Origin: Macrostomum lignano
Taxonomy: Eukaryota
Direction of reading: 5' to 3'
NCBI GenBank assembly: GCA_002269645.1
Contig: NIVC01004793.1
Location: forward strand, 1 to 34,976
DNA: 34,976 bases
A model generated the notes under the pieces. The model saw nothing but the letters and a program-made list of their open reading frames with translations. It had not been told where the DNA came from and searched no databases. Shown one piece after another: positions 21,021-31,109 of this stretch (within the stretch, counting starts at the first letter, position 1; the number at the start of each line of letters is the position of its first letter). The position numbers were made by a program, and so were the translations under genes.

Positions 21021-21893
21021 CGCCTTGGGAGGTACATCCGGTGGAGCGGCCCGATCAAAGTCAACCCCATCGGCGCCCTTCCCAAGTCCAATGGGCGGGT
21101 CCGCCTGATCCATGATCTGTCCTATCCGACCGGCCAGTCAGTCAACGACTTCTACGACCAACAGAAGCACATCAAGTACTGCACTGTCCAGCAGCTGGTT
21201 CGTCATCTCCGTCCGGGACACTACATGGCCAAAATTGATCTCAAAAGCGCTTACAGGTCCGTGCCAATCAGGCCTGCTGACTACCGGCTCGTCGGCCTCG
21301 CCTGGCGGTTTGACTCGGACAGCCAGGACAGTCTGCTCTGCGACACCAGGCTTCCATTCGGTGCAAAAGCTGCTTGCGAAGTTTTTCACCGTCTTTCAGC
21401 CACCGTTACCCGGCACATGCACCGGCTTGGCTTTTCTGCTACAATGAACCACTTGGATGACTGGGCAGTCGCTGGGAAATCCGAGTCCGAGGCTTTCGCT
21501 GCTTTCAATAGCCTGCTGGACATCTTGCAGCGCCTCGGCTTTACCATCAACTGAGACAAGGTTGTCAGGCCTACGCAATGCATCGACTTCCTTGGCGTGC
21601 GCATCAGCACCGCTACCAGCACCAAGTCGCTGCCCGAGGAGAAAGCTCTCGAGACGACTAAGCTGCTGACTCAAACCTGCTCGGAGACTCGGGTGCACAT
21701 GCGCTCTGCTCAGAAGCTGATTGGCAAGCTTGGCTGGTTCTGTCAGATTGTCCCTAATGTCAGAGTTTTCCTGCGTCCGCTCTTCGACTGGCTGACAACT
21801 GCTGTTGACTGCAAGCTTTGGGTGACCGATGAGACCCGCGCCAACCTGTCCTGGTGGCTCAGAGCCCTGGCTTGGCTCCACCCGGTGGCTTTG
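21021..21893 (+). pseudogene. DIRS/Ngaro-type reverse transcriptase (one in-frame TGA at 21552-21554)
   Basis: NPIGALPKSNGRVRLIHDLSYP, AKIDLKSAYRSVPI, RLPFG, NHLDDW, IDFLG, LIGKLGW, NLSWW. Confidence 0.88.
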
Positions 21894-22143
21894 TGTGAGT
21901 TATCGAGCTCTTAGCTATAACTGAATTTACTTTGTGGCTGTATGTCTATGGTTACAAACTCGTTCCGTTTGATACAGACCACGACATCGAGAAGCATAAA
22001 CTATGCTCGTAAGCGGTATAAAATAAAAGGTTCCAAAACACCTCGCTTATAGAGCGAGGGAACGTTATAGAAAGTAGCAAGCCAAGGGCTGCTCATAAAA
22101 GTTGTCTTTGAATTTGTTATCATTCTTCGGCCAAAACTTAACA
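21894..22143 (+). repeat. 5' LTR (250 bp)
   Basis: TGTGAG...TTAACA; repeat of 25841-26047 plus an extra 41 bp and an extra 2 bp. Confidence 0.9.
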
Positions 22144-22152
22144 CTGGCGACG

Positions 22153-23310
22153 ACGGCTGGTCAAATCGAGCCCTTGGAGACCGACTCTCCAGTGGACATC
22201 GGGCGATGGTTTTAAAGGTTCGAGGCGGTGGAGAAAATCAACAAATGGGAGGACGACACCATGAAGTTCGCCCTCATCGCACAGATGGGCAAGAAAGCCT
22301 TCGGCCTGCTGTCTGATGCGACTCTCCCGGGAAAGCCCGAGGACAAGAGCTACGACGAGTTAAAGGATCTTCTCGTCTTGGAAACTCTAGCAACAAAGTC
22401 CGAGATCGCACACCGATGCGCCTTCCATCACCTGAAGCAAGACAGCGGTGAGGACGCACCTGCGTACGCCAGACTACTGCGTCACATGGCGGAGAACTGC
22501 AACTTCTCAGACCAGAACGAGCGGCTGAGAGATCAGTTCGTGTTTGGCCTGGCGAACAAGAATATCGTCAGGAAGCTACTGATCGAAAAGGCGTCAGATC
22601 TCACCTTTGAGAGGGTAATCTCGCTCGCCAGCGCCTGTGAAGCGGTCAGCCGAGGAGAAAAACAAATCGCTGGAGGCGAAGTGCTATTCGTGAGTCAAGG
22701 GCACGCGGGTCATGGGAAACCTACGAAGACAACTCGACATGAAAACGGTTCTAAAAGCGGCAAAAAGGGCGGACGATGCGAGGTTAAATGCTTTTGCTGT
22801 GGACACTCAAAGCAAACCTGTCAGCATCGAACAAAGTCCTGCTTGAACTGTGGCAAGCCAGGACACCTCAAAGCAGTCTGCAGGTCCAAGGGGCCTGGAT
22901 GCGGAACGGACAAACAAGCAGGCGTTCGGCTGATAGACGACGCTGATGACCAAGATGATCGCATCTTTACACTTCAGTGCTGCAGACTCCCGCACTCTGG
23001 GCCTGAGGGTTCCAGGATCGTGAGGAGCCTAATAGTCAACGGATTAGAGGTCAAGATGATTCTGGACACTGGATCTTCTGCATCATACATGTCCAACAGT
23101 GCCTTTGAGCGACTCCCAGCCGAAGCGGAGCTGAAGCCAACGCCACGACGATTCGCCGCCTACCAAGGAGACCAAGTAAGCCTACGTGGGGAGGCAGAAG
23201 TAAGCGTCGAACACAACGGGCAACATGCAAGGCTACCGCTTTTCGTGGCGGACCGGCCAAATTCCGAATCAATCTACGGTCTCGACTGGTTGTCCGTACT
23301 ACGAGCGTAG
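22153..23310 (+). pseudogene. gag: gag-protease (single frame)
   Basis: GQIEPL..WF*RFE, LRHMAENCNF..LRDQFVFG, CLNCGKPGHLKAVC, ILDTGSS; no ATG (ACG at 22153) and a TAA near 22216. Confidence 0.85.
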
Positions 23311-23419
23311 AACCCGAACTCTACAATTGTCTCTGCCGAGTTAACGGTCCAGTAAGCAGCATAAATGATAACAGTGCCAATGGCAAGAACCCGTGTGCGT
23401 CTCTAGAGATCGAAAGCGG

Positions 23420-25819
23420 AACGCAACCGATTTTCGTGAAGCCCAGACAGATCCCTTTTGGCTTAGCAGACGACGTCAAGGTGGAGCTGCACCGCATGGA
23501 GCGGGAGGGCCAGTTGAAGAAAGTGGAATCGAGCGACTGGGCGACTCCTATAGTCTGCGTGCGCAAGCAATCCGGGAAAATCAGGATCTGCGGAGACTAC
23601 AAAGTGACCTTGAACCCCAGACTCAAGGACATGATTTCTTCAACGCCTTCGATTGACGAGGTACTGTCCCGGCTGGGCAAGGCTAAACGGTTTTCCACCC
23701 TAGATCTCACCAATGCCTATCTGCAGGTTCCAGTGGAGCAGCGTGATGCAGACCTGGAGCACCCCATTTGGCTTGTACAGGCCGACTGCTCTGGTATACG
23801 GTGTGAAACAGGCTCCTGCCATCTTCCAAACTTTCATGGACAAGCTTCTGCTTAACCTTGACGGAGTTATCTCGTACCAGGATGACATCCTAGTGTGGGG
23901 CGCCAATCAGGCTGACCATGATAAAAGACTGTCAAAAGTTCTTCAAGTTATTTAACAGAACGGTTTAAACATCAATAAGGACAAGCGCGTTTTCAATCAG
24001 CGGTCAATAGTCTTCCTTGGTTTTGAGATCAGCGACAACGGAATCAGACCTCCAAAGAAGAAAGTCGAGGCGATTGCTGGCTTGGGCGAACCGACGGATG
24101 CAAAACAACTGATGTCCTTCATCGGAATGGTGGAGTTCTACGCTCGATGCATCCCTAACCTAGCGAGCTTGAAGGAACCCTTGACCAACCTGACGAGAAC
24201 CGGCGTCAAATGGTCCTGGGGGAAGGGGAGAAAGAAGCATTCAACAATATCAAAGAGCGACTCCTTAACGCAGTGCACCTGAAGCCGTTTGACCCGACGG
24301 GAAACATCTGGCTCACGACTGATGCGTCACCTTCAGGATTTGGAGCCGTGTTGGAACAAGAAGCAGGACCAGTGATGTTCATTTCTAAAACACTGACATC
24401 AGCAGAGCGAAACTACGCACAGATTGAGAGGGAAGCACTCGCTATAGTATAGTCAGTTAAGCGGTTACACAAGTATCTCTTTGGCCGCAAGTTCATACTG
24501 CGCACCGATCACCACCCGTTAAAGTTCATATTTGATCCGAAGCGAGCACTTTCTACCGTCGCAGCAGCTCGAGTGCAACGGTGGGCGGTAGCACTGATGG
24601 GATACGACTACTCTATAGAGTGCAAACGATCTGAGGAGATACCAGTGGCGGATGCTCTATCTCGTCTCAAGACTAGCACCGCAGAGCAAGAGCAATTCGA
24701 CGTCAGCTCCGTACAAGAATGCATCGTAGCAATACCGATCAACAAGAACCGACTAAGGTGGCAATCCAAGGGTGATAGGGAAACAAGAAAGCTTTTCGGT
24801 TTAGTAAAGCACGGTTGGAAAACACCTGTATCGGAAAAACTTCAGCAGTACCACTCGTATCGGAACGAGCTGGTGATTGAAGATCGACTACTCTACCGAG
24901 GAATTCGCCTGTTGGTACCGAGTCAAGAGCGACAAGCGGTTCTACGGCTGCTTCATGACGGTCACATCGGGCCTGACAAGATGAAGTCGATAGCCAGGCA
25001 GTGTGTCTGGTGGCTGAAAATTGATCGCGACATCGTCGAGTTCTATAAGCGATGCTCTTCGTGCCAACAAAACAAAGACCACGGCATTACTCGACACTGG
25101 ACTTCTTGGCCAGACGAGACTGAAAGGTGGGCACGAGTCCATGTTGACTACGCCGGACCTCTACCCAGAGGCAACTACCTTCTAGTGATGCTAGACGCCT
25201 ACAGCAAGTGGGCCGAGGTTCATGTCACCAGGAGTACTTCGAGCACAGAAACAATCAAGCGACTACGGCGGACATTCGCCCAGGAGGGAGTACCAGCGAC
25301 TATCGTGTCAGACAATGGACCTCAGTTCATTTCTGCGGAGATGGAGGGCTGGCTGAAAGGAATTCAGTGCCACCACGTGCTCGCCCCTCCATACCACCCG
25401 AGATCAAATGGACTGGCTGAGATATTTGTGCGCGATTTGAAAAACCATGTAAGAGCTTCTAGTGAGACTGATCTTCAAACGTGCATTGACCAATATCTCT
25501 TGCAGTACAGAAATGCGAAGCACGCAACTACGGGAAAATCTCCTGCGAGACAGCAAAATGGAGAGAGGGAGAGATCATTTCCCGCAAAGACAACGTGGTT
25601 GTCGACGTGGAGTTTAGCGATGGACGACAATGCCGACGCCACCTGAAGCAGGTGAAGCCAAGGGTGACGGAGGACCCAACACCGGCAGCAGATGTTTCAG
25701 CTCCGATTGACGAAGACCCGGAGCCCCAAGACATTGAAGCACCAAGGGTTCGACGGAGTCAGCGAGCTAGACGAACACCTGACAGACTGCAATACCGATT
25801 TCTAGGTGTACCTACGTAA
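23420..25819 (+). pseudogene. pol: Gypsy pol (RT, RH, INT) with many frameshifts
   Basis: WATPIV..IRICGDYK, LDLTNAY, YQDD (23875-23886), TDASPSG, EREALAI, TDHHP, LHDGHIG..CSSC, HVDYAGP, SDNGPQF, SNGLAE. Confidence 0.88.
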
Positions 25820-25840
25820 ACTCTATCTACCGTGGAGGAG

Positions 25841-26047
25841 TTTGAGCTATCGAGCTCTTAGCTATAACTGAATTTACTTTGTGGCTGTATGTCTATGGTT
25901 ACAAACTCGTTCCGTTTGATAGACCACGACATCGAGAAGCATAAGCTATGCTCGTGAGCGAGCGAACGTTATAGAAAGTAGCAAGCCAAGGGCTGCTCAT
26001 AAAAGTTGTCTTTGAATTTGTTATCATTCTTCGGCCAAAACTTAACA
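25841..26047 (+). repeat. 3' LTR (207 bp)
   Basis: Matches the 5' LTR with about 4 substitutions and two deletions (41 bp and 2 bp). Confidence 0.9.
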
Positions 26048-26052
26048 CTTTG

Positions 26053-26520
26053 TGGCCGCGCGTTGATGAGGAGTTTGCCATGGAGACTGACAGCAGCCGG
26101 TCAGGCGCAGCCGCAATCATCTGGGGTGCCGAGAGTTTCTGGAGTGTCATCGACTGGGAGCTGGACTGCGGTGGTGTATTCACGAATGTTCATATCAACT
26201 TCAAGGAGGCTCTGGCACCTTTTCGGATCATCCTGCACCGTCGCTCTCAGCTAAAGAACTGCAAAAAGTCATCTACGCCGACAGCACCACATCGGCTGGC
26301 ATGATCAATCGGCTGAGCTGTCGTGACCCGCGGTTCCTGCAGGTGTACCAGACTGTGGCTCTGCTGTGCATCAGGAACAGCATCAGTTTGGAGGCCTTTC
26401 ACCTTCCTGGTCGCATGCAGATTTTTGCTGATGCCGCCTCCCGCATGTTTGCCTCGCAGTCTGAGCTCATTAACTTTTGTTGCCGCAACTACCGTACGCT
26501 CGTGATCTGCCCGCTTGAGT
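26053..26520 (+). pseudogene. DIRS/Ngaro-type RNase H
   Basis: METDSSRSGAAA, HINFKEALA, LEAFHLPGRMQIFADAASR; frameshift near 26270-26300. Confidence 0.8.
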
Positions 26521-26599
26521 TCACGTCGCACGCGCTCTCTGCCGCTTCCCAATCTCGTCTCCTTTTGCAGGTCGCCCTCGCCCTTCGGAGAAGCCGCCC

Positions 26600-27573
26600 G
26601 CCCCCCGCGCTGTGTCCGACGGACACCTGTGCCGCCTCGGCCTGGCGGAGAACTCCTGGCGATCCTACCTCAGCCAGCTGCGCTCCTGGGAAGCCTTCTG
26701 TGTTAGGCAAACCGCCCTTCATCTCCAGCTGACGGTGACCTGCTCTGCCGCTACATCGCGCACCCGGTGAGCACTCGGCTCCGGTCCTTCTCCAGCCTCA
26801 GATCCTACGTCCATGCTGTCTCTTTTCTGCACCAAGCCACCGGCGCCCCCGACCCAGCGAAAGACTTCGCCGTGCAGCTGGCCCTCCGCGGCGCCAAACG
26901 TCATCTGGGCCTGCGATGCAAACAGGCGAAGCCGCTGACCATCGAGCACCTCAAGAGCATCCATCAACAGCTCCCGCGCTCCATCTCAAGCGCAGATCTC
27001 AGGGCCGCCTTCTGGGCGGCTCTTTTGGTGGGCTGGTGGGGCATGTTGCGCCTTGGCGACTTCCTATCGACCCGCGGCAGCCGATCTGTCTCCTGTCTCG
27101 CGGGCCTGTCTGTCGGCTTCATCTGGCTGCTGGAAGTTGGCCCTCCCTAAGTCCAAGACCAACCAGTTCGGGTCGACGCCGCATGTCGTTCTTCTGCCAC
27201 CTGTTCAAGAGTCACCACTCTGCCCTGTGCGCGCTCTGCGGTCTCAGCTGCACCTGTCACCAGCCAGCGACCCAAGGGCGCCACTCTTTGGCTACGGCCT
27301 CGGAGGCGAGCTCTCAGCCAGCCAGTTCATCAGCTGTCTTCGCGCGTGTCTGGCTGCGTGCGGCCTTCCAGCTGCTGGTTTCTCCGGCCACAGCATCCGG
27401 CGTGGGGTGCCAGCTTCTGCCATCAAATCGGCTTGTCAGATTCGGACGTTCGGGCTCTTGGGGGCTGGAGATTGGACGCTGTTCTTCGCTACTTTTCTGC
27501 CAGCTCTACCCTGTCGCGCCGCCAGCGCTCTGCTTCTTTCATGGCTTCGCAGCTGCAGGCTGCGTCCACCTGA
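26600..27573 (+). pseudogene. Tyrosine recombinase (YR), frameshifted
   Basis: GLAENSWRSYL..FC, MLRLGD (catalytic R), KSKTNQ, LCPVRAL, SGHSIRRG (HxxR), LGGW, VLRY (catalytic Y). Confidence 0.9.
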
Positions 27574-27615
27574 CTGCCTTCCCGCTTTTACTCCTTCCCT
27601 TTCCCATCATTGGGT

Positions 27616-27996
27616 TGGGATCCGCTTTCTCGGCCGCTGCCTGCTTTTCGCAACTGATTTGTCTCGTTTGGCTCCTTCCGGCGTGTTTAATGCAATCGTT
27701 ACTCTCTGCGTAAGGTGTGTTAAACGCGCCGGAGGGTGCCGCTGTACATATCGCTGTACTTTGGCGGGGGGTCGAGGTGTGGGGGTGTTGGCCGCGCCGG
27801 CCAGCTTAAAGCCTCTACACCCGGCCGGGCTTGGCTCCGCCGCAATTTCTCAATTTTTTTATTCTGCTTTTTACGAACCAATAAATATTAACTCGTTAAA
27901 ACTAATAAACAAACGCTTCGCTTGATCCGCTGGGATCCGCTTTCTCGGCCGCTGCCAGCTTTTCGCAACTGATTTGTCTCGTTTGGCTCCTTCCGG
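27616..27996 (+). repeat. Split direct repeat: B1 27616-27681, A2 27682-27930, B2 27931-27996
   Basis: Two 66-bp copies TGGGATCCGC...CCTTCCGG with one mismatch; AATAAA motifs in the intervening block. Confidence 0.85.
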
Positions 27997-28125
27997 TTTA
28001 ACCAGTGCTAAACGCACCTGTACGAGCATCTCTTGTTCAATTGTACCTCTTCTGAAGTTCGTGAAAAAAATTGTTAACTCCCTGTACGCTTTTTCTTTCA
28101 AGATCGCATCTTAATAAAATAGTAT

Positions 28126-29935
28126 TCAGATCACGGTTCCTCGAGGCCTCAATCGCGTTTCAGTTAGTGGCACGTCCTCATGCTGATAGCGTCGTCGACG
28201 CACTAACGGCTTGACGATCTTGGTAGCTTGATCCGGTTGTGGAACAGGTTGACATTTTTCCAACTGTGTTGCCTTTTCTCCGGGTTGAGGCTGGCCGATT
28301 AAATGTTCCAGTACCTCGTCCGTAATCATCTGGGGTTGCTCTGCAGCACTAGCAGGCAGTATGTGGTCCACATGTCGCTTCCAGACCATGGGGCCCACCT
28401 TCACTAGATATGATAGCGGGGCTCGGCGTCGAAGGATTGTTCCCACAGCCCATTTGTCCTCCGCTTGTCTTCTAAAGTCCAACGTTAGCACGTTGTCGCC
28501 TTGCTTGAACTCTCTGATCTTCGGACTGGCTCTTGCATCATGCTGCATTTTCTGTTGATGCTGCTTCTCGGCGACTCGCTGATCCGTGTCTGGATTAAGT
28601 ATGCTGAGTTTGGTTCGTATTGAGTATTTGAGCATCATTTCAGCAGTTGACTTCCCGGTAGTAGAATGGGGCGTCATGCGGTATCGTGCCAAGAAGGCAT
28701 TAATACTTTCTATAGCATCATGGCTGCTCTTCATCTCAGCCCTCAAGGCTCGCTTTGCTGTTTGCACCATCCGTTCGGCTTGCCCATTTGAGCGTGGATG
28801 CCCAATTGATGTTAGAACTTGTACAATTCCGCGACTCCTTAAGTAGTCCTTGAACTCCTTTGCAGTAAATTGGGATCCGTTGTCTGTAAGGATCTGCTTC
28901 GGATATCTGTAGCGAGCGAACGTCTCTTGGAGTCTATTGATGGTGTTATAAGTGGTCGCCGATCTCATTGGGAAGATTTCCACCCATTTTGTTGTGGCGT
29001 CCACGAGCAACACCCAAGTATATCCGTAGCATGGGCCGAAAAAGTCCAAGTGCAGTCGAGTCCATGGCTTCTCTGGCCAATTGAGAGGCTGTAGCGGTGC
29101 TTGTGCAGGCAGGTTTCGTTGCGATTGACATCCTGTGCATCTAGCCAAGCAATTTTCTGTATCATTATCAATGCCTGGGTTACCATATGTGCATTCTTGC
29201 CAGCGACTTTTCGTGCCCATAATTCCGGGGTGTTCTTCATGCAGCAGCTGCAGAAGCTGACTTCTTAATACTGATGCAATTATTCTCCGAATTCCCCAGA
29301 ATAGAACTCCATCTTCCACGCTCAGTTCATGCCGCCGGCTATGAAATGGCCTTAACTCTGCCTCCATTTATTCTGGCCAACCAGCTCTGCAGTAGTGAAG
29401 AACTCGCGACAGCAAGGGGTCATTCGAAGTGGCTCTTTTTAAGTCATTGGAGTCGATCGGTTGCGCGTCTATCCTATTCTGGAACACGGCATCATCTGCT
29501 CCTTGAAATTCGGAAGTGGGCAGTCTGGATAAGGCATCCGCATTCCTGTGGTCTTCCGTTCGTCGGTACCGAATTTCAAAGCTGTAGGCTGAAAGAATTA
29601 CTGCCCATCTTTGTAAACGGCTGGCGGCAATGCTAGGTATGTTGTTCTTAGGCCCAAAAATCGTGACCAGAGGCTCATGATCAGTTACCAGGATAAACGG
29701 GCGCCCATAGAGATATTGATGAAATTTCTTTACCGCGAACACGATGGCTAAACCTTCCTTCTCAATCTGAGAGTAGTTCCGGTCCGCTTTGGACAAACTT
29801 CGAGATGCATAGCATATAGGCTTCTCTTCCGAGTCTTTAAGCGTGTGTGACAGAACAGCACCTACTCCATAGCATGATGCGTCGGTCTGTACTACGAGTG
29901 GCTTGCTGGGGTCATAATGCGTTAGGACCTTGATG
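28126..29935 (-). pseudogene. pol: Gypsy pol fragment (RNase H and integrase), nearly intact
   Basis: THYDPSKPLVVQTDAS, EKEGLAI, TDHEPL, ADALSR; GWPE*; LHEEHPG..CTGC, HLDFFGP, TDNGSQF, SNGQAE; single stop at 29368-29370. Confidence 0.9.
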
Positions 29936-30142
29936 TGGATGGACTCTTATTAGTACATCCATGTCTATGGCCCTGACCTCCACCGCCTACGTGCTAAGAG
30001 GCAGGGCGATTAAATATATTGTTTTAAGCTCCTTGGCTCGCCACCAGAGCAGCCCAAGTTACATTATACCAAAGCATATAACATGGCATCGCAAGCAGGC
30101 ACTGAAACCGTGTGCTAAAGCTTCTGGCAAAAAAACCACAAA

Positions 30143-31100
30143 ATGCCCCCAAAGCAGCAGCGCTCTACGTCGGCATCGCCTTCAAGGCAGAAGCCAGAAA
30201 AGTCGGAACGATCATCAGCAGCATCAGCAGCATCATCAGCAGCAGCATCAGCAGAAAATATCTCACCAACTGGACAAGCTGAGCTGAAACTATCTCTGCC
30301 TAGTTTGCACATCTCTCGACTAGACCTATCAGTGGATACGATCGATGATTTCGACGCTTGGAGAGCGACTCTTGAGGCATACTTCGATGCAGTTAACATC
30401 CAGCACGAGGAATCAGACAGCATCCACGTAACTAAGAAGAAAATGGCAGCTCGACGAGCTTGCATGTTGAACGCATTTACATCTGCTACCTTCTCGAAGG
30501 ATAAGAATCTACCTCTGACGGATCAACAATTCAAGTACCCTGAGGTCGTCATGAATTCCATCAGAGATCACGTACTCCGACAGGTTAATATCATCGTAGA
30601 GAGGAACAGGTTCTGGAAACGGCAACAAAATGTCGGAGAAAATTTTAACGACTATGTCATGCAATTGAGGGACCTGATGCGAACATGTAAGTTCTGTAAG
30701 CATTCCGACGACCTACTGAGGGATAAACTTGTGCTAGGAGTACGAAATGGAGACAATCAAGCGTCTATTAGCACAGCCAGATCTCTCTCTCGCTGACGCG
30801 CTGACAATATGCAGATCAGAGGAAGCCTGAGAGATCCAAAAAATGAAATCTGCACAGCTTCACAGGTGTCCATAGTGCGCAAACATCGAGGAAAAATTCC
30901 AGGTGGGGCTCGATCAAAGACTCCAGAAGCAAAGAAATGCACTGCCTGTGGTAAAGGGCGATATCAGCGCTCAGAATGTCTCGCCAAGGACAAGAAGTGC
31001 TTTAACTGCGGTCGCATTGGACATTTTGGTTCCATGTGCCGGTCCAGTCGCAGCACTGGTCATCCGGATAAAAGGCAACCACCGAGAATGTCAACTTTGA
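30143..31100 (+). pseudogene. gag: Gypsy gag with double Cys knuckle
   Basis: FDAWRATLEAYFDA, ERNRFWKRQQ..DYVMQLRDL..CKF..LRDKLVLG, CTACG..CLAKDKKCFNCGRIGHFGSMC; disrupted near 30780-30850. Confidence 0.8.
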
Positions 31101-31109
31101 ACCCGCAAC

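Larger units (their letters stand above)
21894..26047 (+). mobile_element. Mag-like Gypsy LTR retrotransposon, both LTRs present, decayed ORFs
   Basis: LTRs 21894-22143 and 25841-26047, TSD CTTTG (21889-21893, 26048-26052); removal restores Ngaro PVALWPRVD; PBS TGGCGACGA at 22145; PPT GTGGAGGAG before the 3' LTR. Confidence 0.92.
21021..27996 (+). mobile_element. Ngaro-like tyrosine-recombinase (DIRS order) retrotransposon, 5'-truncated, interrupted by a Gypsy at 21894-26047
   Basis: RT, RH and YR in order with no methyltransferase seen; 66-bp repeat at 27616-27681 and 27931-27996 fits B1-A2-B2 split direct repeats. Confidence 0.85.

Noticed and set aside
26600-27573. Phage or bacterial integrase, i.e. 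prophage or contamination
   Set aside because: The YR follows DIRS-type RT and RH and precedes split direct repeats, so it is part of a eukaryotic YR retrotransposon.
27053-27925. 290-aa ORF as an intact gene
   Set aside because: Only its middle part is in the YR frame; the rest is out-of-frame read-through into terminal repeats.
30216-30255. (CAG/CAT)n repeat as a polyglutamine host gene
   Set aside because: It lies in the gag frame encoding Ala/Ser; the poly-Q/H reading is an alternative frame.
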